64,000 nucleotides of DNA from Candidatus Dormiibacterota bacterium (GTDB lineage: Bacteria > Chloroflexota > Dormibacteria > Aeolococcales > Aeolococcaceae): assembly GCA_963709585.1 (NCBI GenBank), contig CAVPXI010000021.1, positions 32,001 to 96,000 on the forward strand, given 5' to 3'. The translations under genes were made by a program, and so were the position numbers. Below are positions 21,428 to 30,059 of this stretch, piece by piece. The notes under the pieces are model-generated. The model ran no database searches, had not been told where the DNA came from, and saw only the letters and a program-made list of their open reading frames with translations. The number at the start of each line of letters is the position of its first letter. Within the stretch, counting starts at the first letter, position 1.

Positions 21428-22389
21428 CCGACTCCAACCCCTACGGCGAGCTGTTGCTGCTCTCGGGCAGCGGCAACCCCGAGCTCAGCGAGCGAATCGC
21501 CCGCGAGATCGGCGTGAGCCTCGCCGAGTGCGAGATCACCCGGTTCGCGGACGGCGAGTTCGACGTCAAGATCCGCGAGTTGGTTCGCGGTCACGACGTG
21601 TTCCTGGTGCAGCCGACGTGCCATCCGGTCAGCGACAACCTGATCGAGCTGTTCATCATCCTCGACGCGCTGCGCCGTGCCTCGGCGTCGCGCATCACCG
21701 CGGTGATCCCGTACTACGGGTACCAGCGCAAGGAGAAGAAGACCCAGGCGCGCGATCCGATCAGCGCCAAGCTGATGGCGAACATCATCGAGCTCGCCGG
21801 CGCCAACCGGGTGATCTGCGTCGACCTCCATGCCGAGGCGATCCAGGGCTTCTTCGACATCCCCGTGGACGCGCTCATCGCGACCAAGATCCTCGCCCGG
21901 CGCGTGCGCGAACGCCACGGGCACGACGTCGTGGTCGTGTCACCGGACACCGGCGGCGTGCATCGCGCGCGCAACCTGGCGCGCATCCTCGACGCACCGA
22001 TCGCGGTCATTGACAAACGTCGCCCGCGCGACGACACCGTCGAGGTTGTCAACGTCATCGGTGACGTCGACGGCGCGGTCTGCGTGATCGTCGACGACCT
22101 CATCTCCACCGGCGGCACCCTCATTGGCGCAGCCATCGCGCTCCTCGCCAGCGGCGCGAAATCGGTCGACGTGGTCGCGACCCACGGGGTCCTGAGTGAC
22201 GGCGCGGTGGCGCGACTCCACGCGGCGCCGATCGACGAGATCTGCATCACCGACACGATCCCGTACCACAACGGCAGTCACAGCTTCGACGATACGCCCA
22301 AGCTCCGCATCCTCTCGGTCGCGCCCCTGATCGCCGAGGCGATCGTGCGCGTCCACGAGGGCCGGAGCGTGAGCGAACTGTTCCGGTGA
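21424..22389 (+). CDS. prs: Ribose-phosphate pyrophosphokinase
   Basis: FADGE; DLHAEAIQGFF; VSPDTGG; VDDLISTGGT. Confidence 0.97.
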   Translation: MTDSNPYGELLLLSGSGNPELSERIAREIGVSLAECEITRFADGEFDVKIRELVRGHDVFLVQPTCHPVSDNLIELFIILDALRRASASRITAVIPYYGYQRKEKKTQARDPISAKLMANIIELAGANRVICVDLHAEAIQGFFDIPVDALIATKILARRVRERHGHDVVVVSPDTGGVHRARNLARILDAPIAVIDKRRPRDDTVEVVNVIGDVDGAVCVIVDDLISTGGTLIGAAIALLASGAKSVDVVATHGVLSDGAVARLHAAPIDEICITDTIPYHNGSHSFDDTPKLRILSVAPLIAEAIVRVHEGRSVSELFR

Positions 22390-22420
22390 GCGGCTCAGAC
22401 CCACCGCCGTCCCCGACTCG

Positions 22421-23764
22421 ATGATCCCGCTCATCATCGTCATCGTCGTCGGCCTCGTCGTCGCGGCGTTCGCCGCCGCGGCGGAAACCTCGCTCACGAG
22501 CGTGAGCAGGATCCGGATGCGAAGCCTGGCGGAGGACGGCAACAGGCGCGCCCGGACCGTGACCCGCCTGCACGCTGACCCGAACGGCTACTTGTCGACC
22601 ATCCTCAGCCTCAACACGGTCGCGGTCATCGTGGTCTCGACCGCCACCGCGTTGCTGATCGGCAGCTACCTCCGCAGCATCCCGCAGGCGATCGGCACCA
22701 TCGTGCTCTCGATCGTGGTCCTCATCTTTTGCGAGATCGCGCCGAAATCACTCGCGCTGCGCTTCAACGAGCGCTTCGCGCTGGTGCTTGCCGCTCCGGT
22801 CCAGCTCCTCACCCGGCTGCTCCGGCCGCTGGTCGGCGGGCTGAGCGCGATGTCCCGTCTGATCGTTCGGGCCGCGACCAGGGGCCACAGCGTGCGCGGC
22901 CCGTTCGTAACCGAGGAGGAGTTGAAGCTCCTCCTCTATGTCGGTGAGCAGGAGGGGATCGTCGAGCAGGAGGAGCGCGAGATGATCCACGGGATCCTCG
23001 AGATGACCGACAAGACGGTTCGCGAGGTGATGGTGCCGCGGGTCGACGTCGTCGCCGTTGAGGCGACCGACACCATCGCAGACGTGATCAAGGTGATCAT
23101 CGAGTATGGCTACTCGCGCATCCCGATCTACGAGGACAACGTCGACAACATCGTCGGCGTCGTCTATGCGAAGGATCTGCTCCGCCATGGCGTGATCGGG
23201 GACGACCAGCGCGCGCTCAAAGAGGTCGCCCGCGAGCCGTACTACACGCCCGAGGCGAAACACGTCGGCGAGCTGCTGCGCGAGATGAAGGAGCGCAAGG
23301 TGCACATCGCCGTGGTCGTCGACGAGCACGGTGGCACCGCCGGCATCGTCACCTTCGAGGACCTCATCGAGGAGATCGTCGGTCCCATCCGCGACGAGTA
23401 CGACATGCGCGAGGTCGAGGAACTGCAGATCGTCTCCGATCACGAGGTGGTGGTCAGCGCGCGATTCCCTGTCGATGACCTGAAGGAGGCGCTCGACCTC
23501 GAGGTCCCGGACGTCGAGGCGGACACCGTCGGCGGCCTGGTCTACGAGCGGCTCCAGGAGATTCCCAAGGTCGGCGCAACCATCCAGTTGGGCACCGCGA
23601 CCCTGACGGTCGAGTCGGTCCGCCGCCAGGGGATCCAGACCGTGCGCATCACCAGCCCGACCACGCTGGTGCGCGACCGGGGTGCGCGCCCCGGCGATCA
23701 CGACGATCAGCAGGAGACCCGGGACACCCACGAGGAGTCGCCTGCGCACGCTCGCCGCCAGTAG
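22421..23764 (+). CDS. Hemolysin/CNNM family protein (DUF21-CBS-CorC)
   Basis: EIAPKS; VREVMVPR; YSRIPIY; [23 protein letters not shown]. Confidence 0.92.
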   Translation: MIPLIIVIVVGLVVAAFAAAAETSLTSVSRIRMRSLAEDGNRRARTVTRLHADPNGYLSTILSLNTVAVIVVSTATALLIGSYLRSIPQAIGTIVLSIVVLIFCEIAPKSLALRFNERFALVLAAPVQLLTRLLRPLVGGLSAMSRLIVRAATRGHSVRGPFVTEEELKLLLYVGEQEGIVEQEEREMIHGILEMTDKTVREVMVPRVDVVAVEATDTIADVIKVIIEYGYSRIPIYEDNVDNIVGVVYAKDLLRHGVIGDDQRALKEVAREPYYTPEAKHVGELLREMKERKVHIAVVVDEHGGTAGIVTFEDLIEEIVGPIRDEYDMREVEELQIVSDHEVVVSARFPVDDLKEALDLEVPDVEADTVGGLVYERLQEIPKVGATIQLGTATLTVESVRRQGIQTVRITSPTTLVRDRGARPGDHDDQQETRDTHEESPAHARRQ

Positions 23765-23780
23765 TGCGCATGATGGTCGG

Positions 23781-24558
23781 ATGCCGACCTACAGCGACGA
23801 GGGAATCGTGCTCCGCCGCATCGACTACGGCGAGACCGACCGCATCCTCACCGTGCTGACACTCGAACACGGCAAGATCGGCGTCATCGCTCGCGGCGTG
23901 CGCAAGAGTCAGAAGCCGGCTCGCGTCGCGCACCGATCTCTTCACGCGCAGCCGCATGCAACTCGCGCGGGGGCGGGGCGAGCTCGACGTGCTCACCCAG
24001 GCGGAGACGGTTGCGGCAACTCCGCTACGCAGCGATGCGCGCCGCGCGGCGTGCGCCTCGCTGTGTGCCGAACTGACCGACCGCGTGCTCGAGAGCCATC
24101 ACGCCGACCCGGAGATCTACGCGCTGGTGGCGAATGCACTCACGGCGTGCGCCGACCCGGAACGGGACCCGCGCGTGGCGACCGTGTGGTTCGCCCGCCG
24201 GATGGTGGACCGACTCGGCTACGCTCCCCAACTGCTCGACTGTGCCGGCTGCGAGCGCCGCCTCCCGGAAGCGGCGGCGTGGTTCAGCGCTCCCGGCGGC
24301 GGGCTGCTCTGTTCCCGCTGTGCTCCAGGTGATCCCGAGGCGGTGGAGTGCGCGGTGCGGGTCATCAAGGTGCTGCGTGCGGCCGCGGACGGCGACGAGG
24401 AGCTCTGGTCGCGGCTCCGGCTCGACGCCGACACCCTCCAGACGCTCGAGCGCATCGTTGAGTCGGAGCTGGCCCACCACCTCGACCGCCGGCTGCGATC
24501 GATCGACGTGCTCCGCGCCATCGAGGGACGGAGTGCCGTGAGGCTGCCGGTAGACTGA
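23781..24558 (+). CDS. recO: DNA repair protein RecO (apparent frameshift near 23911)
   Basis: [20 protein letters not shown]...[12 protein letters not shown]; CxxC...CxxC zinc finger; position upstream of glyQS. Confidence 0.9.
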
Positions 24559-24564
24559 CCCGCC

Positions 24565-25964
24565 ATGGCCGAGGACCAGGCGCAATCGGACGTCATCGAG
24601 AAGCTCGTCTCGCTGTGCAAACAGCGCGGGTTCGTGTACCCGTCGAGCGAGATCTACGGCGGTCTCAACGCCGTGTACGACTTCGGCCCGCTGGGTGTCC
24701 GTTTGCGCCGCAACATCCGCGATCGCTGGTGGGAGTCGATGGTGGAGTTGCGCGACGACGTCGAGGGCATCGAATCCGCGATCCTCATGAATCCCGAGGT
24801 CTGGGTCGCAAGCGGGCACGTGGCAGGCTTCACCGACCCGCTGGTGGATTGCACCGGCCCGTGCAAGAAGCGCTGGCGCGAGGACCATCTCGCCGACGAG
24901 CGGCGCGCCCGTGGCAAGCCGCCGGATGCGCCGGGTTGTCCCGAATGCGGCGGGGCGCTGACCGCGGCACGCCAGTTCAACCTCATGTTCAAGACCTTCA
25001 TCGGTCCCGTCGAGGAGGACGCTGCCCAGATCTGGCTGCGTCCGGAGACGGCTCAGGGCATGTTCGTGAACTTTGCGAACGTGGTCAATTCGACACGCCG
25101 CCGGCTGCCGTTTGGCATCGCCCAGCAGGGCAAGGGATTTCGCAACGAGATCTCCCCGGGCAACTTCGTCTTTCGCCTGCGCGAGTTCGAGCTGATGGAG
25201 ATGGAATACTTCTGCAAGCCGGGGAGCGACCGCGAGCTGCACGAGTACTGGTGTGCGGAACGGCTTCGCTGGCACGTCGACGTCTTGGGTGTGCGCACGG
25301 CGAATCTTCGTCTCCGCCCGCATGCGAAAGAGGAGCTGTCCCATTACAGCTCCGCCACCAGCGACATCGAGTACCGATACCCCTTCGGGTGGGGCGAGCT
25401 GGAAGGGGTCGCGGATCGCACCGATTTCGACCTGAAGACGCACATGCAGCACAGCGGTCGCGATCTCTCCTACTTCGACACCGAGACCAACGAGCGTTAC
25501 GTCCCCTTTGTGATCGAGCGGCGGTCAGCACCGACCGGATCTTCATCACCTTGCTGGTCGACGCGTATGACGAGGAGGAGGTGCGCGGCGAGAAGCGCGT
25601 AGTGCTCCACCTGCATCCCGATGTCGCCCCGGTGCAGGTCGCGGTGCTGCCGCTGTCCAAGAAGCCCGAGCTCACCGAACCCGCGCGTCGCATCGAGCAT
25701 GACCTGCGCCCCGGCTTCGCGACCATGTACGACGAGACCCAGGCCATCGGCCGCCGCTACCGCCGGCAGGACGAGATCGGCACGCCGCTGGCGGTCACCT
25801 TCGATTTCAACTCGCTGAATGACCACGCCGTGACCATCCGTGAACGCGACGGGATGTCGCAGGTGCGCGTGCCCATCGACGGTCTGCACGATGCGCTGCG
25901 CGATCAGCTCGCCGCGGGGCGCGCACGAGCACGCGAGCGGGCGAACGGCGGACACGGCGCGTAG
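24565..25964 (+). CDS. glyQS: Glycine-tRNA ligase, alpha2 type (apparent frameshift near 25519)
   Basis: LRPETAQG; FRNEISP; REFELMEME; IGRRYRRQDEIGTP in the second frame. Confidence 0.95.
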
Positions 25965-25973
25965 CATCCCGGC

Positions 25974-27104
25974 GTGGTGAGTGCTCGCAGCGACACCGAC
26001 GCGGTGGCCGCCGGTGTGCTCGACCTCCTGGCCCTCGGCGACGCGCCCGACCTCAACACGGTGCTCGAGCGGATCGTCCGTGCAGCACGGCGTCAGGCCT
26101 CGGCTCGATATGGGGCGATCGGGGTGCCCGACGGTCGCGGCGGCTTCGCCCGTTTCGTCACCTCGGGCATCAGCGAGCGGGTGGCGACGACCATCGGTGA
26201 GCTGCCGCGAACCCACGGCGTCCTCGGCGCGCTCCTCGAGGAAGGTCCGATCCTGCTCGACGACATCCGGCGGCACCCACGCTTCTCGTACTACCCCGCG
26301 CACCATCCGACGCTCACCGACTTCCTGGGTGTGCCGATCACGCACCGAGGGAGGGTGCTCGGCAACCTGTTCGTCAGCGGACACCGTTCCGGCCACTTCG
26401 CAAAGACGGACGCGCGCAGGTTGGAGACGCTCGCCGCCTACGCGGGTGTCGCCATCGCGAACGCCGAGCTGTACGCCCAGTCGCAGCGGCTCGCGGTGGT
26501 GGAGGAACGCAACCGGGTTGCGCGTGAGTTGCATGATGCCGCGACCCAGACGCTCTTCAGCCTGGTGCTCGCCGCCAGGGCGGCGGCGCTTTCCACCCGC
26601 GACGAGGAAGCACGCGCCGCGATCCTCGGGTTCGAGGAGCGCACCACGTCCGCGCTGCAGGAGTTGCGCAGCCTCGTCCACGCACTCCGCCCCAAGAGCC
26701 TCGAGCGTGACGGGCTCGCCGCGACCCTGGCCGACCACGCCGAGGCATTGCGCACCAGCGGAGCGCGCGTCGTCATCGACGCGGCCGAGGGCGTGCGCCT
26801 CCCGCTCGAGAGCGAGCACGCGCTGCTCCGGATCGCCCAGGAGGCACTCCACAACGCGATGCGTCATGCGCCCGGCTCGTCGATTCGCGTGACCTTGCGG
26901 GCGGGGGCGCGGACGGTGACGCTGCGCGTCCACGACGACGGCCCCGGCTTCGATGTCGAGGCGCTGCCGCGGTCGCGGCGTGGGATGGGTCTCGCGACCA
27001 TGCGCGAACGCGCAGAGGAGATCGGTGCGAGTCTCGATATCCGGACGCGTGCGGGCGCCGGGACGACGGTGAGCGTCAGCGTTCCGATTGGCGTGGCGCC
27101 ATGA
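25974..27104 (+). CDS. Soluble GAF-domain sensor histidine kinase (DosS-like GAF + HisKA_3)
   Basis: ARYGAIGV; YPAHHPTLTDFLGVPI; ERNRVARELHDA; QEALHNA; GMGLATMRER; no TM segment. Confidence 0.9.
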   Translation: MVSARSDTDAVAAGVLDLLALGDAPDLNTVLERIVRAARRQASARYGAIGVPDGRGGFARFVTSGISERVATTIGELPRTHGVLGALLEEGPILLDDIRRHPRFSYYPAHHPTLTDFLGVPITHRGRVLGNLFVSGHRSGHFAKTDARRLETLAAYAGVAIANAELYAQSQRLAVVEERNRVARELHDAATQTLFSLVLAARAAALSTRDEEARAAILGFEERTTSALQELRSLVHALRPKSLERDGLAATLADHAEALRTSGARVVIDAAEGVRLPLESEHALLRIAQEALHNAMRHAPGSSIRVTLRAGARTVTLRVHDDGPGFDVEALPRSRRGMGLATMRERAEEIGASLDIRTRAGAGTTVSVSVPIGVAP

Positions 27105-27736
27105 ACGCGTCCATCCGGCTCCTCATCGTCGATGACCATTCCGTCGTTCGCGAAGGGCTGCGCGCGTTCCTGCGCCTTCAGGCAGGAATCGAGGTGGTCG
27201 GCGAGGCGGCGAGCGCCGACGACGCCGTCAGCGTCGCCGCAACGTCGTCGCCCGATGTGGTCCTGCTCGACCTGGTCATGCCCGAGGGCGATGGGATCGG
27301 GGCGATCCGCCGTCTGCTCGAGGTCGCACCCGGCGTCCGCGTGCTCGTGCTGACGAGCTTTGCCGACGACGCGCAGATCTTCGCGGCGATCGCGGCGGGA
27401 GCTGCCGGCTACCTGCTCAAGGACGTCGATCCCCAGGCGCTGGCCGACGGCATCCGCGATGTCCACGCCGGCCGCCCGGCGCTGCATGCGTCGGTCGCTG
27501 CGCGATTGATGCGCCGCAGCGGCTCCCCGCGCCCCACGTCCGACCATCTCACTCCCCGGGAACGCGACGTGCTCAGGCTGGTGGTCGAGGGGCTCGCCAA
27601 CAAGCAGATCGCGCAGCGGCTTGGAATCGGGGAGAAGACGATCAAGACCCACGTCAGCCGGCTGCTGGCGAAGCTCGGGGTGACCGACCGCACGCAGGCC
27701 GCGGTGCTCGCCATTCGCGAGGGTCTGGTCGACTAA
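27101..27736 (+). CDS. NarL/LuxR family response regulator
   Basis: VDDHSVVREG; DLVMP; LTPRERDVL; KTIKTHVS. Confidence 0.95.
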   Translation: MNASIRLLIVDDHSVVREGLRAFLRLQAGIEVVGEAASADDAVSVAATSSPDVVLLDLVMPEGDGIGAIRRLLEVAPGVRVLVLTSFADDAQIFAAIAAGAAGYLLKDVDPQALADGIRDVHAGRPALHASVAARLMRRSGSPRPTSDHLTPRERDVLRLVVEGLANKQIAQRLGIGEKTIKTHVSRLLAKLGVTDRTQAAVLAIREGLVD

Positions 27737-27738
27737 GG

Positions 27739-27785
27739 GTCCGCCCAATGGCGGACGCGCCGGTGCGGCATCCGGCGGACGCGCC
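27739..27785 (+). promoter_or_regulatory. Tandem GTCCGCC-N4-GGCGGAC-like sites upstream of the SDR
   Basis: Perfect palindrome 27739-27756, imperfect copy 27763-27780; direct repeat GGCGGACGCGCC with 24-bp period. Confidence 0.6.
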
Positions 27786-27814
27786 CGAGCGCCGGCACGC
27801 GCAGGATGGACGGC

Positions 27815-28531
27815 ATGGGAACACTGTCGGGAAAGACGGTCATGATCACCGGCGCCTCGCGAGGCCTGGGGCGCGCGCTCGCAGCAGCAGCTGCCCGCGA
27901 GGGCGCCTCGCTCGCCATCTGTGCGCGACACGGCGAGGCGCTCGAGACCGCGGCGGAAACGTGCCGCGCCTTCGGCGTCGAGGTGCTCGCCGTGCTCGCC
28001 GACGTCTCGGACGCCGCCGACGTCGAGCGCTTCGCCGCCACTGCCCTGGAACGCTTCGGTGGCGTCGACGTCCTGGTCAACAATGCCGCAGTGCTCGGCC
28101 CGCTGCCGCTGCCGCAGCTGACCGACGCTCCATCGAGCGCGCTGGAGCACGTGTTGCAGGCGAATGTGCTGGGGCCGCTGCGCCTGACCCAGGCGGTGAT
28201 CGGCGGGATGCTGCTGCGCAACCAGGGGCTCGTCGTGAACATCAGCACCGACGCCGCGCTGATCGGGTTTGCCGGCCTCGGTCTCTACAGCGCGTCCAAG
28301 GCGGCGCTCGACGCGCTGACCCGAAGTTGGTCGGCGGAGCTGCAGCACACCGCGGTGCGGGTCATCAGCGTGGACCCCGGCGACATGTACACCGAGATGC
28401 ACATGGCTGCTGACCCGGAGGCCAACCCGGAAGATCTCTTCCGCCCCGAGGATGTCGCGGAACGCCTGATCACCCTGGTGGCGGGGCGACTGCCCGCAGT
28501 CGATCGCGTCGAGTTGGCGAGCCTCGAATGA
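27815..28531 (+). CDS. SDR family oxidoreductase
   Basis: TGASRGLG; NNAAVLG; YSASK; VDPGDMYTEM. Confidence 0.92.
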   Translation: MGTLSGKTVMITGASRGLGRALAAAAAREGASLAICARHGEALETAAETCRAFGVEVLAVLADVSDAADVERFAATALERFGGVDVLVNNAAVLGPLPLPQLTDAPSSALEHVLQANVLGPLRLTQAVIGGMLLRNQGLVVNISTDAALIGFAGLGLYSASKAALDALTRSWSAELQHTAVRVISVDPGDMYTEMHMAADPEANPEDLFRPEDVAERLITLVAGRLPAVDRVELASLE

Positions 28532-29538
28532 TCACGGCACCCCGCGAGCTGCGCGCGGCGCTTCCCGCCGAGCTTCGTGGCATCCGCCGCGACGGTGCGC
28601 GATTGTGCGTCGTGGAACGGGCATTGGGCCGGATCAGCCACACCGTCGTCGCCCGGCTGGGAGAGCATCTCGCACCGGGGGATCTCCTCGTGGTCAACTC
28701 GAGCCGCACCTTGCCTGCGGCGTTGCGGGTCTACCGCGCGGGCGCAGCGCAGGTCCAGCTTCGCCCGGGCGCACTCCGCGACGGCGAGTGGGATGCGCTG
28801 GCAGTGGAGACAGCGCCGCCCCATCGCAACGTCCCGCTCCAACCGGGCGAGATCCTCCGCGCTCCAGGTGGGCTCCGTCTCCGGGTACTCGAACCCCGCG
28901 GCGACGCCCCGCTGCTCTGGCGCATGTCGGTCGAAAGCGGTGACCCGGTTCGGACCCTGCTCAGCAATGGCGAGCCGATCCGCTACTCGTACGTGCCCGA
29001 TCGGGTCCCGCTCGAGCACTACCAGACGGTGTACGCGGGCACTCCCGGCTCGGTCGAGACCCCGTCGGCCGGCCGCCACCTCACATGGGAGCTGCTCGGC
29101 GAGTTGCGCCGAGGTGGCGTCGACGTCGCTGACATCGTGCTGCACTGCGGGCTCAGCTCATTCCAGGACGACGATGTCGATCTGCAGAAGCCACTCATCG
29201 AGGAGCGCTTCGAAATCCGTCCGGACACTGCCGCCCGCATCAACCGAGCGGGACGGGTGGTGGCGGTCGGCACCAGCGTCATCCGAACGCTGGAGACTGC
29301 TGTCGACGATGATGGCGATGTGCATCCAATGAGTGGATGGACGCGCCTGGTCATCACCCCGCGCACCCGCTTGCGCGTCGTCGATGCCCTGCTCACCGGA
29401 CTGCACGAGCCCCCTGCAACGCACCTGGACATGCTCGGCGCGTTGCTCGACACAGACCTCCTCGAGCGCGCCTACGTCGAGGTTCGTGAGCGCGGCTATC
29501 TCTGGCACGAGTTCGGCGACGCGATGCTGATCGTGTAA
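28528..29538 (+). CDS. QueA-like protein (non-canonical paralog of SAM:tRNA ribosyltransferase-isomerase)
   Basis: GDLLVVN; YQTVYA; PSAGRH; AVGTSVIRTLE; TGLHEP; YLWHEFGDAMLI. Confidence 0.85.
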   Translation: MITAPRELRAALPAELRGIRRDGARLCVVERALGRISHTVVARLGEHLAPGDLLVVNSSRTLPAALRVYRAGAAQVQLRPGALRDGEWDALAVETAPPHRNVPLQPGEILRAPGGLRLRVLEPRGDAPLLWRMSVESGDPVRTLLSNGEPIRYSYVPDRVPLEHYQTVYAGTPGSVETPSAGRHLTWELLGELRRGGVDVADIVLHCGLSSFQDDDVDLQKPLIEERFEIRPDTAARINRAGRVVAVGTSVIRTLETAVDDDGDVHPMSGWTRLVITPRTRLRVVDALLTGLHEPPATHLDMLGALLDTDLLERAYVEVRERGYLWHEFGDAMLIV

Positions 29539-29609
29539 AGCCGCTGACCCTTTTGCAATGATCACCGCGGCTCATGCGGACGGGCCAAGAGTTCACCAGG
29601 TGGAGAGAG

Positions 29610-29933
29610 ATGGCTGAGATTTTCGTCCTTGAGTTCGAGGGCTTCGGCGCCGACGCGTACGATCGGGTCAACCAGTCGCTCGGGATCAACATGGACTCCG
29701 GAGAGGGCGATTGGCCCGCCGGTCTTCACACCCACCTGGCCGGCCCCACCGAGGGCGGCGGATGGATCGTGGTCGAGGTCTGGGAGTCCCAGGAAGACCA
29801 GGACGAATTCATGAAGACGCGCCTGGGTCCTGCTCTCCACAAGGCTGGGGTCACCGGCGCGCCGAAGCGGGCCGAGTGGTCGAAGCCCAGAGCCCACCAC
29901 ACGCCGAAAAAGGCCTCCGGGAAGGGGAAGTAA
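29610..29933 (+). CDS. Hypothetical protein, possible dimeric alpha/beta barrel
   Basis: WPAGLHTHLAG...WIVVEVWESQEDQDEF. Confidence 0.7.
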   Translation: MAEIFVLEFEGFGADAYDRVNQSLGINMDSGEGDWPAGLHTHLAGPTEGGGWIVVEVWESQEDQDEFMKTRLGPALHKAGVTGAPKRAEWSKPRAHHTPKKASGKGK

Positions 29934-30059
29934 CCAGCTTCGTCAACCCGGGCGGGCCGCACGGCTCGCGTCGGTTCGGCCACGCGGCGGCCCGATGCTA
30001 CGCTCACGCCTTGCGTGGCGCCTTCGCGCACGCAACAACCATCACGTGAGGGCTGGCGA

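Noticed and set aside
28528-29538. Calling this gene canonical queA
   Set aside because: Diagnostic motifs diverge and there is no tgt/queuosine context in the window
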